This document shows positions 18,144 through 28,795 of a stretch of DNA of 64,000 bases, piece after piece (position 1 is the first letter of the stretch; each line of letters opens with the position of its first letter). The notes beneath the pieces are model-generated. The model was not told the origin of the DNA, did no database searches, and saw only the letters and a list, made by a program, of their open reading frames with translations. This DNA comes from Bacteroidota bacterium. GTDB taxonomy: Bacteria > Bacteroidota > Bacteroidia > UKL13-3. The stretch spans positions 2,156 through 66,155 of the forward strand of contig JBAXCN010000006.1 of assembly GCA_037141455.1 (NCBI GenBank), in the 5' to 3' direction. The position numbers and the translations under genes were made by a program.

Positions 18144-20768
18144 TTAAACCAACAACTTTGCTTTCTCTATTGCAGCTTGCAATCCGTTAACATCGTTTCC
18201 ACCAGCAGTAGCATAAAATGGTTGGCCTCCGCCCCCACCTTTTATTTCTTTGGCCAATTCTTTGATAATATTTCCAGCATGCAAAGCCTTCTCCTTAACT
18301 AAATTATCGCTAATAATAACGCTTAATATTGGTTTTTCGTTTAACACACAACCCAACACACAGAACAAATTTTCTACTTCGGTTTTTAGTTGGAACGAAA
18401 GGTTTTTCAATTGCTCGGCATTTGAAATAGTGATTAGTTGAACCAATACATTTATGCCATTCGAATTTCGAATTTCGGATTTAATATTTGTTTTGATGTT
18501 TACTGTTTTTTCATTTTCAAAAACCTCTAACTTCTTCATTAAATCTGCTTTATCCTCAATCAATTGCTCCACAGATTTTATTATATCTTTTGTATTTAAT
18601 AATTTTCCTAAACTATCAAAAGTTAACTGCCAACTATCAACTAAATTTTGGGCAGCATCCGCAGAAATGGCTTCAATTCTTCGAACTCCTGCTGCAACAG
18701 CAGCTTCACTTACTATTTTAAATAATCCAATTTGGCCAGTAGCTTTTACGTGAGTTCCACCACACAATTCACGGCTGTATTGATCATCAAAAGTAATTAC
18801 ACGTACCGAATCGCCATATTTTTCGCCAAAAAGCATCATAGCTCCCATTGTTTGTGCTTCTTCAATTGGTACATTTCTGCGTTCCTCTAAAGGAATGTTT
18901 TCGCGTATTTTTTGGTTTACAATTTGTTCTACTTGTGCTATTTCTTCTTTTGTCATAGCCGAGAAATGCGAGAAGTCAAAACGCAAATTATCGTTATTTA
19001 CCAAACTACCTTTTTGTGCCACATGTGTGCCTAAAACCTGGCGCAATGCCGCATGTAATAAATGGGTAGCAGAATGGTTGTTCTCAGTTAATTTACGTTT
19101 AATAATATTAACCGAGGCAGTAAAAATAGCTTCCACATTTTCGGGCAACGATTCCGTAAAATGAATAATTAAATTGTTTTCTTTTTTTGTATCAATAATT
19201 TCTACTTTTTCGTTGATATTTCCTATAAAACCAGAATCTCCAATTTGCCCGCCACCTTCAGGATAAAAAGGTGTTTGGTTAAATACCAATTGGTAACTTT
19301 CTTTTCCTTTGGCTTTTACTTTTCGGTATCTTACAATTTGAATTTCAGCTTCGGTTTGGTCGTAACCAAGGAAAATGGTTTGTGCATGTTGTAAAGATGT
19401 TGCGTGCAACGTCTCTACCCAATCATCGGTTGTTAATTCGGTTGCTTTGCGTGAACGTGCTTTTTGTTCTTCTAGTGCTTTTTGGTAACCAACTTCATCA
19501 ACGGTAAAATCATTCTCTCTTGAAATTAATTGAGTCAAATCTAATGGAAAGCCAAAAGTATCTGATAATTGAAATGCAAAATCCCCAGAAATTACTTTTT
19601 CATCAGCATTAAATTTATTGTTTAAAATAGCCATTCCATTGGATATTGTTCTTAAAAATCCTACTTCCTCTTCTCTGATTACTTTGCTTACAAAATCTTT
19701 TTGTGCAAATAATTCAGGGAAAACATTTTTAAAACTATCGGCTATTATTAAAGCCAATTGACACATAAAAGGTTCTTTTATTTCTAAAAATTGATATTGG
19801 TAACGAACTGCTCTGCGTAAAATTCTACGAATTACATAACCCGCACCATTATTGCTAGGCAATTGCCCATCGGCAATGGCAAAGCTAATGGCACGAATAT
19901 GATCAGCCATTACACGCATGGCAATGTCTTGTTTGCTATCGCTAAATTGATAAGTCTTGTCAGAGCGCTTTTCAATTTCCTTAATAGTTGGCACAAAAAC
20001 ATCGGTATCGTAGTTACTGGTTTTTCCTTCAATGGCACGCACCAAACGCTCAAATCCCATACCTGTATCCACATGTTTTGCAGGCAATTTTTCTAAACTA
20101 CTATCTGCTTTGCGGTTAAATTCCATGAACACATTGTTCCAAATTTCAATTACTTGTGGATGGTCGTTATTCACCAAAGTTTTTCCATCTATTAAAGCAC
20201 GTTCTGCATCTGGACGTAAGTCAATATGTATTTCAGAACATGGTCCGCAGGGGCCTGTATCGCCCATTTCCCAGAAGTTATCTTTTTTATTTCCGTTTAA
20301 AATTCTGTCTTCAGCTATGAATAACTTCCAATTATCAAAAGCTTCTTGGTCAAAAGCCAAGCCTTCTTTTGCATCGCCTTCAAAAACGGTAACGTACAAT
20401 CTATCTTTAGGTAATTTATATACATCAACCAATAACTCCCAAGCCCATTCAATGGCTTCTTTTTTAAAATAATCGCCAAAGCTCCAATTGCCGAGCATTT
20501 CAAACATGGTATGGTGGTAGGTATCTACTCCCACTTCTTCCAAATCATTATGTTTTCCGCTTACACGCAAACATTTTTGGGTATCGACCACACGTTTGTA
20601 CTTTGGAGTTTCATTACCCAAAAACCAATCTTTGAATTGGTTCATACCGGCATTGGTAAACATTAAAGTAGGGTCGTTTTTAACAACTATGGGTGCTGAA
20701 GGAACTCTGGTATGTCCTTTACTTTCAAAAAAACTTAAAAATTGTTCGCGTATATCTGATGAAGTCAT
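18144..20768 (-). CDS. alaS: Alanine--tRNA ligase
   Basis: DPTLMFTNAGMNQFK, HHTMFEMLGNWSFGDYFK, HSATHLLH, ELCGGTH and GGGGQ motifs. Confidence 0.99.
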   Translation of the reverse strand: MTSSDIREQFLSFFESKGHTRVPSAPIVVKNDPTLMFTNAGMNQFKDWFLGNETPKYKRVVDTQKCLRVSGKHNDLEEVGVDTYHHTMFEMLGNWSFGDYFKKEAIEWAWELLVDVYKLPKDRLYVTVFEGDAKEGLAFDQEAFDNWKLFIAEDRILNGNKKDNFWEMGDTGPCGPCSEIHIDLRPDAERALIDGKTLVNNDHPQVIEIWNNVFMEFNRKADSSLEKLPAKHVDTGMGFERLVRAIEGKTSNYDTDVFVPTIKEIEKRSDKTYQFSDSKQDIAMRVMADHIRAISFAIADGQLPSNNGAGYVIRRILRRAVRYQYQFLEIKEPFMCQLALIIADSFKNVFPELFAQKDFVSKVIREEEVGFLRTISNGMAILNNKFNADEKVISGDFAFQLSDTFGFPLDLTQLISRENDFTVDEVGYQKALEEQKARSRKATELTTDDWVETLHATSLQHAQTIFLGYDQTEAEIQIVRYRKVKAKGKESYQLVFNQTPFYPEGGGQIGDSGFIGNINEKVEIIDTKKENNLIIHFTESLPENVEAIFTASVNIIKRKLTENNHSATHLLHAALRQVLGTHVAQKGSLVNNDNLRFDFSHFSAMTKEEIAQVEQIVNQKIRENIPLEERRNVPIEEAQTMGAMMLFGEKYGDSVRVITFDDQYSRELCGGTHVKATGQIGLFKIVSEAAVAAGVRRIEAISADAAQNLVDSWQLTFDSLGKLLNTKDIIKSVEQLIEDKADLMKKLEVFENEKTVNIKTNIKSEIRNSNGINVLVQLITISNAEQLKNLSFQLKTEVENLFCVLGCVLNEKPILSVIISDNLVKEKALHAGNIIKELAKEIKGGGGGQPFYATAGGNDVNGLQAAIEKAKLLV
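19391..19418 (-). repeat. GTAG-type REP palindrome embedded in frame in alaS (encodes VETLHATSLQ)
   Basis: Minus strand GTAGAGACGTTGC-AC-GCAACATCTTTAC, 13-bp arms with 2 mismatches. Confidence 0.75.
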
Positions 20769-20901
20769 GTACTTATAAAAAATCTAATGTTATTATGCTA
20801 AAAAATTACTTAATTTTAATATTTTCGCCTTTTATATAATTATTAAAAAAAAGTATTGAAACAAGTTTCAATATAAATATTTTTTATTCGTAACTAAAAG
20901 C

Positions 20902-21867
20902 TTGGCAAAGATAAAATACTTTTACAATCCAAATAAATTAGACTTTGAAAAAGTTAGAACAAATTTTACCACAATAATTTGGCGAATATTTGGATTTTTG
21001 TCAGCGTCTATTGTTGCCGGTGCTATAATGGTTATGGCGCTTTATAGTTTTATTGATTCGCCTAAAGAAAAAATACTACAAAGAGAAAATAAGCAATACA
21101 AAGAACAGTTAAACAGATTACAAGCCCGTGTAAGTGAACTAAGTATGGTACTTGGCGAATTGCAAGACCGTGATGCAAAAATATACAGAACTATTTTTGA
21201 AGCTGACCCAATTTCATTTAAACCAAAGTTTAATCCCAATGACAGAAAATACCGATTGGCTGAAGGATTTAACGATGCTGAAATTATTAATGATTTAAAT
21301 AATAAAGTTGAAAAAATTACCAGTTTGGTTGAATTGCAATCAAAATCGTTTGACGAATTAAAAAAGTTGGCCGATAATAAATCGGATTTCTTGGCTTCCA
21401 TTCCAGCCATTCAACCTATAGCAAATAAAGATTTAAAACGCATTGCCTCTGGATTTGGATATAGAATTCATCCCATTTATAAAACTACTAAATTTCACTC
21501 AGGTATTGATTTTACAGCACCAACCCGAACTCCAGTTTATGCAACAGGAAATGGAAATATAGTTTTTGCAAAATACGAAGGCAGAGGTTATGGAAACCAC
21601 ATTATTGTAAACCATGGATTTGGTTACAGAAGTTTATACGGACACTTAAGTAGTATTGAAGTGTATGAAGGACAAAAAGTAAAAAGAGGCGAATTAATTG
21701 GTTATGTTGGTAATACTGGCACATCAACAGCACCACACTTGCATTACGAAGTAGAAAAAGGTGCCAAAAAAGTGAATCCTATTAACTACTTCTTTAACGA
21801 TATTAGCGAAGCCGATTACGAGGCAATAAGAGATATTTCTGCCAGACCAACCCAATCTTTTGATTAA
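20902..21867 (+). CDS. M23 family metallopeptidase with N-terminal TM and coiled coil
   Basis: HSGIDF (HxxxD), YGHL and PHLHYEV (HxH); TTG start. Confidence 0.93.
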   Translation: MAKIKYFYNPNKLDFEKVRTNFTTIIWRIFGFLSASIVAGAIMVMALYSFIDSPKEKILQRENKQYKEQLNRLQARVSELSMVLGELQDRDAKIYRTIFEADPISFKPKFNPNDRKYRLAEGFNDAEIINDLNNKVEKITSLVELQSKSFDELKKLADNKSDFLASIPAIQPIANKDLKRIASGFGYRIHPIYKTTKFHSGIDFTAPTRTPVYATGNGNIVFAKYEGRGYGNHIIVNHGFGYRSLYGHLSSIEVYEGQKVKRGELIGYVGNTGTSTAPHLHYEVEKGAKKVNPINYFFNDISEADYEAIRDISARPTQSFD

Positions 21868-21980
21868 TAACTGTACTGTAATTAATACAGCAATTAATTT
21901 TTTTTTTCAATAAATTTAATAAATACTTGGTTTTTAACATTTTTTAATCGTTAATTTGTTTAATCAATTACAACAACGGT

Positions 21981-22607
21981 ATGAAAAAGCTACTAATCAT
22001 TCTAATATTTATTTTAATTGGCAAATTTTCGATAGCAGAAAATTGTAAAGTTGAGTTTAATTTTCTACTTAAAAACAAAACTTGGAAACCAACTACATCA
22101 TCAATAGTAAATGGAATTATATACATAGATGTAGAAAGTGAAAACGATAGTTTAATAATTCAATTAAACAAAGAAATTAACTGTAATAATACCCTTTCAA
22201 ATGTTTATTTAGACGAAACTAAAGTACCGGTTTCACCAAAGGGAAATGAAATAAAAACAACTTCAAATGGTGGTTTGTACAAAATAGAAATTATTGGCCC
22301 AGGTAGTAGTGAATGGTTTAAAATATTTGTACGAGTAACTAAACCAACTGCTGTTAAAAACGCTAACTTATTAACTGCAATTCAAATTTACCCTAACCCT
22401 GCAACTGCAAATTTTTTTGTTGAAAATGCCGCACAAGTAGAATTAATAAAAATATATGACATAACTGGAGCAGTGGTTTTAGTAGTTGACAATACATTTA
22501 AAAAAGATGTATTAGATATTGATATTGCTAAATTACCAGCTGGCCAATATTTCATTGCATTTCAAAACGATAAAACTAAAATTACTAAAAAATTAGTGAA
22601 ATTATAA
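21981..22607 (+). CDS. Small T9SS type A sorting domain protein
   Basis: Signal peptide; IYPNPA...LPAGQYFI...KKLVKL CTD. Confidence 0.85.
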   Translation: MKKLLIILIFILIGKFSIAENCKVEFNFLLKNKTWKPTTSSIVNGIIYIDVESENDSLIIQLNKEINCNNTLSNVYLDETKVPVSPKGNEIKTTSNGGLYKIEIIGPGSSEWFKIFVRVTKPTAVKNANLLTAIQIYPNPATANFFVENAAQVELIKIYDITGAVVLVVDNTFKKDVLDIDIAKLPAGQYFIAFQNDKTKITKKLVKL

Positions 22608-22622
22608 TTTTCTATCTTTAAT

Positions 22623-22663
22623 AAAAAAAAGCGTTGGATTATAAAATTCAGCGCTTTTTTTTT
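22623..22663. terminator. Bidirectional intrinsic terminator
   Basis: A8-GCGTTGGATT...AATTCAGCGC-T run. Confidence 0.7.
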
Positions 22664-22667
22664 AATA

Positions 22668-22908
22668 CATCTGCCAACGGCTCGTTGGTGGAAACTATTA
22701 TTTAGCCTCTGGCTTTTTTTGTTAATTGTAATTTAAATTATAGTCATTGCCAGAGGCAATTTAATAGTCCTCACCAACCAGAGGTTGGCGAGTGCTATAA
22801 ACACCTCGCATCCGCCAACGTCTCGTTGGTGGATGCTATTTTTGAGCCTTTGGCTCTATTGTAGAAATACACATTTAAGCTTACCAGGCAGACACATAGG
22901 TCTGCCCC
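22668..22908. repeat. Cluster of REP-like units (CCAACG..CGTTGG hairpins in alternating orientation, plus GGCAGAC..GTCTGCC hairpin)
   Basis: catctgCCAACGgctCGTTGGtgg, caCCAACcagagGTTGGcg, catccgCCAACGtctCGTTGGtgg and GGCAGACacatagGTCTGCC. Confidence 0.75.
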
Positions 22909-22921
22909 AACTAGTCAGCCC

Positions 22922-24250
22922 CTAAGAGGCTTCTTCAATTTTAACTTTTATCTTTTTTAACTTTTCATTTTTAATTCGAGCCAATAAATCACGCACTTTT
23001 TTACGGTTAATAGAAACGTATGACGAATGATCTAAAATGGTAATTAAACCCAAATCTTCGCTTGTTAATTCGCCTTTTTTCATTAATAAACCTGCTATAT
23101 CGCCTTTGCTGATTTTATCTTTTTTACCTGCGCTTATGTATATGCACTCAAAAGTAGGCGGAGGTGGAAGTTTCATTTCTTCAGGAAGTGTTATTTCCTT
23201 AAATTCTTTTTTATGCATATAAACAGGCAAAGTTTCATCTTCGGCTAGAATTAAATAGGCTTCACCATCAGCATGCATTCGAGCTGTGCGCCCATTGCGG
23301 TGTGTAAACTCTTCCAAATGAACTGGCATTTGGTAATGCACTACATGTTTTATTTCGGGAATATCTAATCCACGGGCAGCCAAATCGGTTGCAATTAACA
23401 CATTGCATGCACCACCTCTAAACTTAATTAAATTTTTTTCTCTATCAATTTGTTCTAAATCGCCATGAAAAACACCATGTGCAAAACGGTATTTATCCAA
23501 AACAGCACTAATTCTGTTTACAGCGTCTTTGTGGTTGCAAAAAACCAAACAAACTTCTTGGTTAAAACCTGCAATTAATCGCATTAAGGTTTCTACTTTT
23601 TCGGTGCTTTCGGTTTTTACTAAGTTTAGTTTTAATTTCGATTCTACTTCTTGGTGCTGATAATCTAAAGTTTCAACACTTAAAAAAGGTAAAAACTTGG
23701 GCAATTCAGCAAGCCTAGTGGCTGAGGTTAAAATATGGCTTTGGGTTTTATTTAACGAAAAGAAAATGGTTTTTAATTGTTCATGAAAACCCATTTGTAG
23801 CGATTTGTCAAACTCATCTAACACCACAAAATCAATGGTTAATGGGTTGAACGATTGACGTTCAATATGATCGACCAAGCGGCCAGGCGTGCCAATAATT
23901 ACTGCTGGTGCTTCGCTTAAACTGTTTTGCTCTATTTTAAACGAATGTCCTCCATAGCAACAGCTTACTTTGTAGGCGGTTTTCATGGCTTTAAAAACAG
24001 TTTCTATTTGGATGGAAAGCTCGCGCGAGGGAGCAACAATTAAAGCCTGAACTCCTTTTTTATCAGCTTGTAACGCATTTACAATTGGTATTAAAAACGA
24101 CAATGTTTTACCCGAACCCGTTGGTGCAATAACCATTAAATTTTTACTGTTTGCCGCCTTTTCAATTACCTCCTCTTGCATTTGGTTAAAACTTTCAATT
24201 CCTAAATTTGATAATATAGTTGCGTAAGTGGTATTTAAATTGTTTTGCAT
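22922..24250 (-). CDS. dbpA: DEAD-box RNA helicase with DbpA-type C-terminal RNA-binding domain
   Basis: APTGSGKT, PSREL, DEFD, SAT, ARGLD, HRNGRTAR and C-terminal GKKDKISKGDIAG. Confidence 0.88.
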   Translation of the reverse strand: MQNNLNTTYATILSNLGIESFNQMQEEVIEKAANSKNLMVIAPTGSGKTLSFLIPIVNALQADKKGVQALIVAPSRELSIQIETVFKAMKTAYKVSCCYGGHSFKIEQNSLSEAPAVIIGTPGRLVDHIERQSFNPLTIDFVVLDEFDKSLQMGFHEQLKTIFFSLNKTQSHILTSATRLAELPKFLPFLSVETLDYQHQEVESKLKLNLVKTESTEKVETLMRLIAGFNQEVCLVFCNHKDAVNRISAVLDKYRFAHGVFHGDLEQIDREKNLIKFRGGACNVLIATDLAARGLDIPEIKHVVHYQMPVHLEEFTHRNGRTARMHADGEAYLILAEDETLPVYMHKKEFKEITLPEEMKLPPPPTFECIYISAGKKDKISKGDIAGLLMKKGELTSEDLGLITILDHSSYVSINRKKVRDLLARIKNEKLKKIKVKIEEAS

Positions 24251-24348
24251 GGCGCGAAGGTAAGGGAATAAAAGTTGAATGGTTGAATGGTTGATTTTTG
24301 AACGTTGTTGGTATCCTTAATCTGCTACTTTTAATTTATAAGCTAAAC

Positions 24349-24526
24349 AAAAAACCGTCTGACGCCTTTCCTGTGCAATTCCTTGGCTCAATCGTCTGAC
24401 GGTGTTGTTAATAAAAAACCGTCTGACGCCTTTCCTAGCAATTCCTTTGCTCAATCGTCTGACGGTGTGTTAATAAAAAACCGTCTGACGCCTTTCCTAG
24501 CAATTCCTTTGCTCAATCGTCTGACG
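24349..24526. repeat. Three tandem ~62-bp units, each bounded by CCGTCTGACG...CGTCTGACGG
   Basis: aaaaaaCCGTCTGACGcctttcctagcaattcctttgctcaatCGTCTGACGG three times, with near-identical interiors. Confidence 0.9.
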
Positions 24527-24530
24527 GAAG

Positions 24531-25154
24531 TTACTTTAACCTATAAGCCAAACCAAAAACCCAAGTATTATTTTGCCCTCCGGTATTGTTACTTACATTT
24601 AATATACCAGTTTGATATTGCCAATATAGCGCCCATTTTTTATAACATATGGTAGCACTTAAAATTCCGCCCATATCCCAATTGTTATATTGATGCTCTT
24701 GTTCGTGGCTTAGGTAATAATGCTGCGGGTTTGTAAATGCAGAAAACAAATAACCGCCATAAGCACCAGCACCTAATAATAAATGAGTCGGTCCGCTAAA
24801 ATGGTGATTATAATTTAAAACCACTGGCAATTGCACATAATGCAAGTACACATTTTCGGTGTACGATAGTATTTTTTCGTTTACTGCATTGTAATAAATT
24901 ACTTCTCTTGCCCCGCCCTTGCGTATGTAGCTTAGCCCTATTTCGGCATATACATTTGGTTTTAGTTTGGTTTGTAAGCTTGCCCCCATTTCTAACCCTG
25001 TAAGGCTTTGGTTAAATAAATCGTTTTGGTGCAAATTATTTTGGGTAACACCCATCTTTACAAAAAGATGGGTGTTTTTAGTAAGGGAATCAATGTTTTG
25101 GGCTTGGGCATTTAAAAAGCCAATGCTCAAAGTAATAAATAGTAATTTTTTCAT
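24531..25154 (-). CDS. Outer-membrane beta-barrel (porin family/PorT-like) protein
   Basis: Signal peptide; YIRKG, LHYVQLPV, GAYGGY and C-terminal FGLAYRLK. Confidence 0.8.
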   Translation of the reverse strand: MKKLLFITLSIGFLNAQAQNIDSLTKNTHLFVKMGVTQNNLHQNDLFNQSLTGLEMGASLQTKLKPNVYAEIGLSYIRKGGAREVIYYNAVNEKILSYTENVYLHYVQLPVVLNYNHHFSGPTHLLLGAGAYGGYLFSAFTNPQHYYLSHEQEHQYNNWDMGGILSATICYKKWALYWQYQTGILNVSNNTGGQNNTWVFGLAYRLK

Positions 25155-25156
25155 GG

Positions 25157-25519
25157 TTATACTTTTATAAAATCAAGCTGTTTAATTTTTTCAAAATCAG
25201 CATCGTTACTTACCAATGGTAATTGATTAATTATGGCTGTAGCTGCAATTATAGCATCGGGAGTTTTTATGGTATATTGCTGTTTTAGTTTTATACACAT
25301 AGCTTTTATATCTTCATTTAGGTTAATAATTGTACAACTATTCAACATTTCGCTTATCGATAATTTTTGTTGTTTACTTATATCTTTCCTTCCCAAAAGT
25401 TCAATTTCGGTAATAAATGAAACAGCAACTTGATAGTGTATAAAAGGTTCAACTTGTTTATTGCCTTCCCTAATGTGTATAAGTACGTTTGTATCTAATA
25501 AAAAATCAATCCCATTCAT
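25157..25519 (-). CDS. PIN-domain (VapC) toxin (probable start MNGIDF at 25519)
   Basis: LLDTNVLI, ITEIELL, KTPDAIIAATA and LVSND.DF motifs. Confidence 0.93.
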   Translation of the reverse strand: MNGIDFLLDTNVLIHIREGNKQVEPFIHYQVAVSFITEIELLGRKDISKQQKLSISEMLNSCTIINLNEDIKAMCIKLKQQYTIKTPDAIIAATAIINQLPLVSNDADFEKIKQLDFIKV

Positions 25520-25682
25520 TGCGTATAGCTTTTTGAAAAACCAAAGCATCAGTACTTTCATTACTAATGGCAAAAAAAGGAATTAAACTCTTATGCTGCT
25601 TTTTGCTTCTTTTTTTCTTTAAAGCATTTAAAGCTTCATCTAACTTAGATTTTGTAATTGGTTTTGATATTTTAATAAGCAT
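25506..25682 (-). CDS. Putative antitoxin for the PIN toxin
   Basis: Small ORF overlapping the toxin start; ends DALVFQKAIRNEWD. Confidence 0.8.
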   Translation of the reverse strand: MLIKISKPITKSKLDEALNALKKKRSKKQHKSLIPFFAISNESTDALVFQKAIRNEWD

Positions 25683-25768
25683 AAGCAAATATATTGTTTT
25701 TTTTTAAATCTATCAATTACCTTCACAAGGTTAAATAATGCAATAATGTTTAACATAAATTTTTATAG

Positions 25769-28700
25769 TTATTTGGCAATGATTAGTTTATTGGTTTCAG
25801 AGTAACTGTTACTAGCATTTAATGTAACTAAATATACTCCAGAAGCCAAATCATGCGTGTTAATAGTTTCTTGATTATTACCAGTAATATTAACACTTTT
25901 AACCAAAGTCCCCGCTAAATTATAAATATTAATACTTTCACCTATTGCTCCATTTAACTGAAATAGCACAGTTGCAATATCATTGGCAGGGTTAGGGTAA
26001 ATATTGAATTGAATGGAGGGTTTTTCTATAACTTTGATCGGCTTAACAATAGGGTCATTGCTTGTTTTTGAAAGCGATGTATTGGCTTTATACTTATTAG
26101 ACTGACCACAAAAATCCATCACTTCATCATCTGTTGCTTCATAAATTAAAGGATTGTTATATAAATCTTCGCTTTTTATATTATCTAAAACCAATTCGGG
26201 TTGCCAAATGCTTTCAGGATTACTTAAAGCTGAACCTAAAAAGTGAATATAAGCAGTATAACCAGGCGCAACAGTAATATTGTTTTTTAAAATAGCATTT
26301 TCAACATAAATGTGCATTTCAGTAGCATTTACTAAATGATGAGTATATGCTGTAATGGTAGCAGGAGAGATTTGAATATTATCTAAAACCACATTGCCGG
26401 GTTGGTGCTTTAATAGGCTCTCATTATTTTTTAAAAAAGTTACGTTGCCAATGGTACTATTAGTTTCACTTGGCATTTGATTATCATTACCACTGTTTTC
26501 ATATATTTTGTAAGTAAAAGTTTGCAAAGTATTTAACTCTTGCCCTTTTGATCCAGGGCTCAAAAAATACATATCGGCCATCAGTTTAATTTCGATAGAT
26601 TGTATATTAGAGTAATCTGTTAATGTTAAATCTATTGAGTTTAAAAAACTATTGTATTTAATTGTGTCATTCAAATTGTTATTAGGGGGAAATGGAGAGG
26701 AGATAATCATTAATATGTTATTTATATTTAAACTATTTAAAACAATTGAATTTGTAATTGAAATAGGTTCGTTTAAAATATTATTTACTTCTGTAAAAGG
26801 TGTAGTTACAATTACATAATTTCCTTTATTAGTTGTAAAATCAGAATAGCTTTCAAAACTGTAACTTTCTTTTTCTACAATAGATTGATTTTTAAAATCA
26901 TAGGGAGGATTATTACTTTCAGGATAATTTTGAAAAAAATTATTCACCAATTGACCATATGAAGATAATTTATAAGATTTATTTTTTAATTTTATTCTGT
27001 ATGAATAATATAATTTAGTTTTCTCAAAATTAAAATCAACCACATGATTAAATCTATAAACTAAAGGTTCCACTAACCTGATTTGGTAGTTCGCTAAAAA
27101 AGTTTTTTCATCACTGGTATAGTCAAAATAATAATTATTTGGAATACTTCCTGAAGGTGGTGTATAGTTTTTCAAAATTCCTTTTTTAAATGTCAATACT
27201 GGATTTAGTTCTTTAGCTTTCACTTCTACTTTTGGTGTTTTCAATAAAGCAAATAAACCTAACACTTCGTTATATGCAGGGTAGTTATGTTTATTAATTC
27301 CTCCGTTTGTTGGCACGCCATTACTATTAACATAACCTTTTGGTACGGCACCTGGTACTAATAAAGGCAAGGTATTAATATCATTTGAAGAAGTAATTGT
27401 GCCAGAATAAGAAGCCTCAGTGAAAGAAGCAACTGGAGGTGCGGGAGGAGCCGGAGGTGCTCCCGGTATATCGATTTGTGAGCTTAAAAAATCAAATCCA
27501 TTACCAATAATTCCTTTGGCAGATTTCTGCAAATCTTTTGTATATTGTTCTGCATCATTTGGATCTAATTTTACTAAACCAAGACTATATGAAGAAACTC
27601 GAGGAGACACTTTAGTTAAATAATCTTTTATATCACTTGTAACAAATAATTTATTAGCTATTCCCCCCCCAATTGAACCTCCAATGGCTCCTATACCATC
27701 CTTTGCCGCTTTCATTATAGTGCGCGAAATAGTTGCATCTTATGAATTGTAATTTGCCAAGTCTATTTTGTATTTATCTACGGATTTCAAATAATTATCG
27801 AGCATATTATCCATTCTATTATATATCCTATTTCCTGATCTATAGCCTGGAGCTGAAACATCTGTTAAATTTAAAAAATCGTCTTTTTGGTAACTATTAT
27901 CTGTTATATTTTGTTGAATAGTTATAGAACGGCTAATCATTTTAATATCCATACTAGTGATATTTTTAAAGTTGAATTTAAGCTTTGCTTGATTTCGGTT
28001 ACAAATACATGGGTCAAATGCCATTTGATAATCACTCATTAACCATAGGTTTTGGTCTGTTGGTTGAGAAGAAGGAGCTGATTTATCGGTTATTTCAGTT
28101 AAATTATCCAAGGCCAAATCGTATGAGTTGGTGTGCCTAAATAATCCATTAACGATTTTGTCATTTTCAAACATGATAGTCGGAATAACCTTTTGAAACC
28201 TTGAACCTACTGTATTATTAAACCAAACATTGGCAAATAAACGCACTGTGCCTCTATACCTATTATAGAGCACAAAATACGGTATATTGTTTGGTGCAGC
28301 TTGATCAATCGACATTAAAGGACCACCAGATTTAGGTGCATTTATTGGCTCTCCATCTGGGGTTTTACCCAAATTCATCCATAACAGCTCCCAACCATCT
28401 TGCCATCTAAAATCCCTATCCGTTGAATTAATAGAGTTACCCATATTGTCATAATACAAAGCTTTGGCAAAATCCGACAGGCCAATATCTAATCCATCGT
28501 AAAATGGATTTTTGGAATTAATATTATTACCAGTTAGCGAAATACCAGCAATATTAAAACCAGTAGTGTATGGTATTTCAATATTGTTGTTTTGGTCAGG
28601 ATACCAATTAAATGTATTTAAAAACGGGTTGTGGGTAAATGTTCCGCTAAATTGAGCGTTTGCCCATGGCAAAAAAGTATTATTAATAGGGTTTTGCGGG

Positions 28701-28795
28701 TTGGTGCTTATTCCATTAATTGTTACCTGAGCATTAGTGCTTTCTAAAGCTAACAATGCTAAAATTGTTGATAATATATAAGTAATTTTTTTCAT
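25769..28795 (-). pseudogene. Large T9SS-secreted protein (1008 codons plus stop) interrupted by one in-frame TAA at 27740-27742
   Basis: ORF 27740..28795 (signal peptide; DGWELL, PYFVLYNRYRG) and ORF 25769..27715 (CTD IYPNPA) share a frame and are joined by 8 sense codons. Confidence 0.8.

Noticed and set aside
24273-24293. GTTGAATG octamer repeated about 2.5 times upstream of the helicase
   Set aside because: Too short to support a function; such short tandem repeats are common in this phylum.
24349-24526. Possible mini CRISPR array
   Set aside because: The intervening sequences are near-identical rather than unique spacers, and there are no cas genes. It is a tandem repeat, and ORF 24383..24655 is just its translation.
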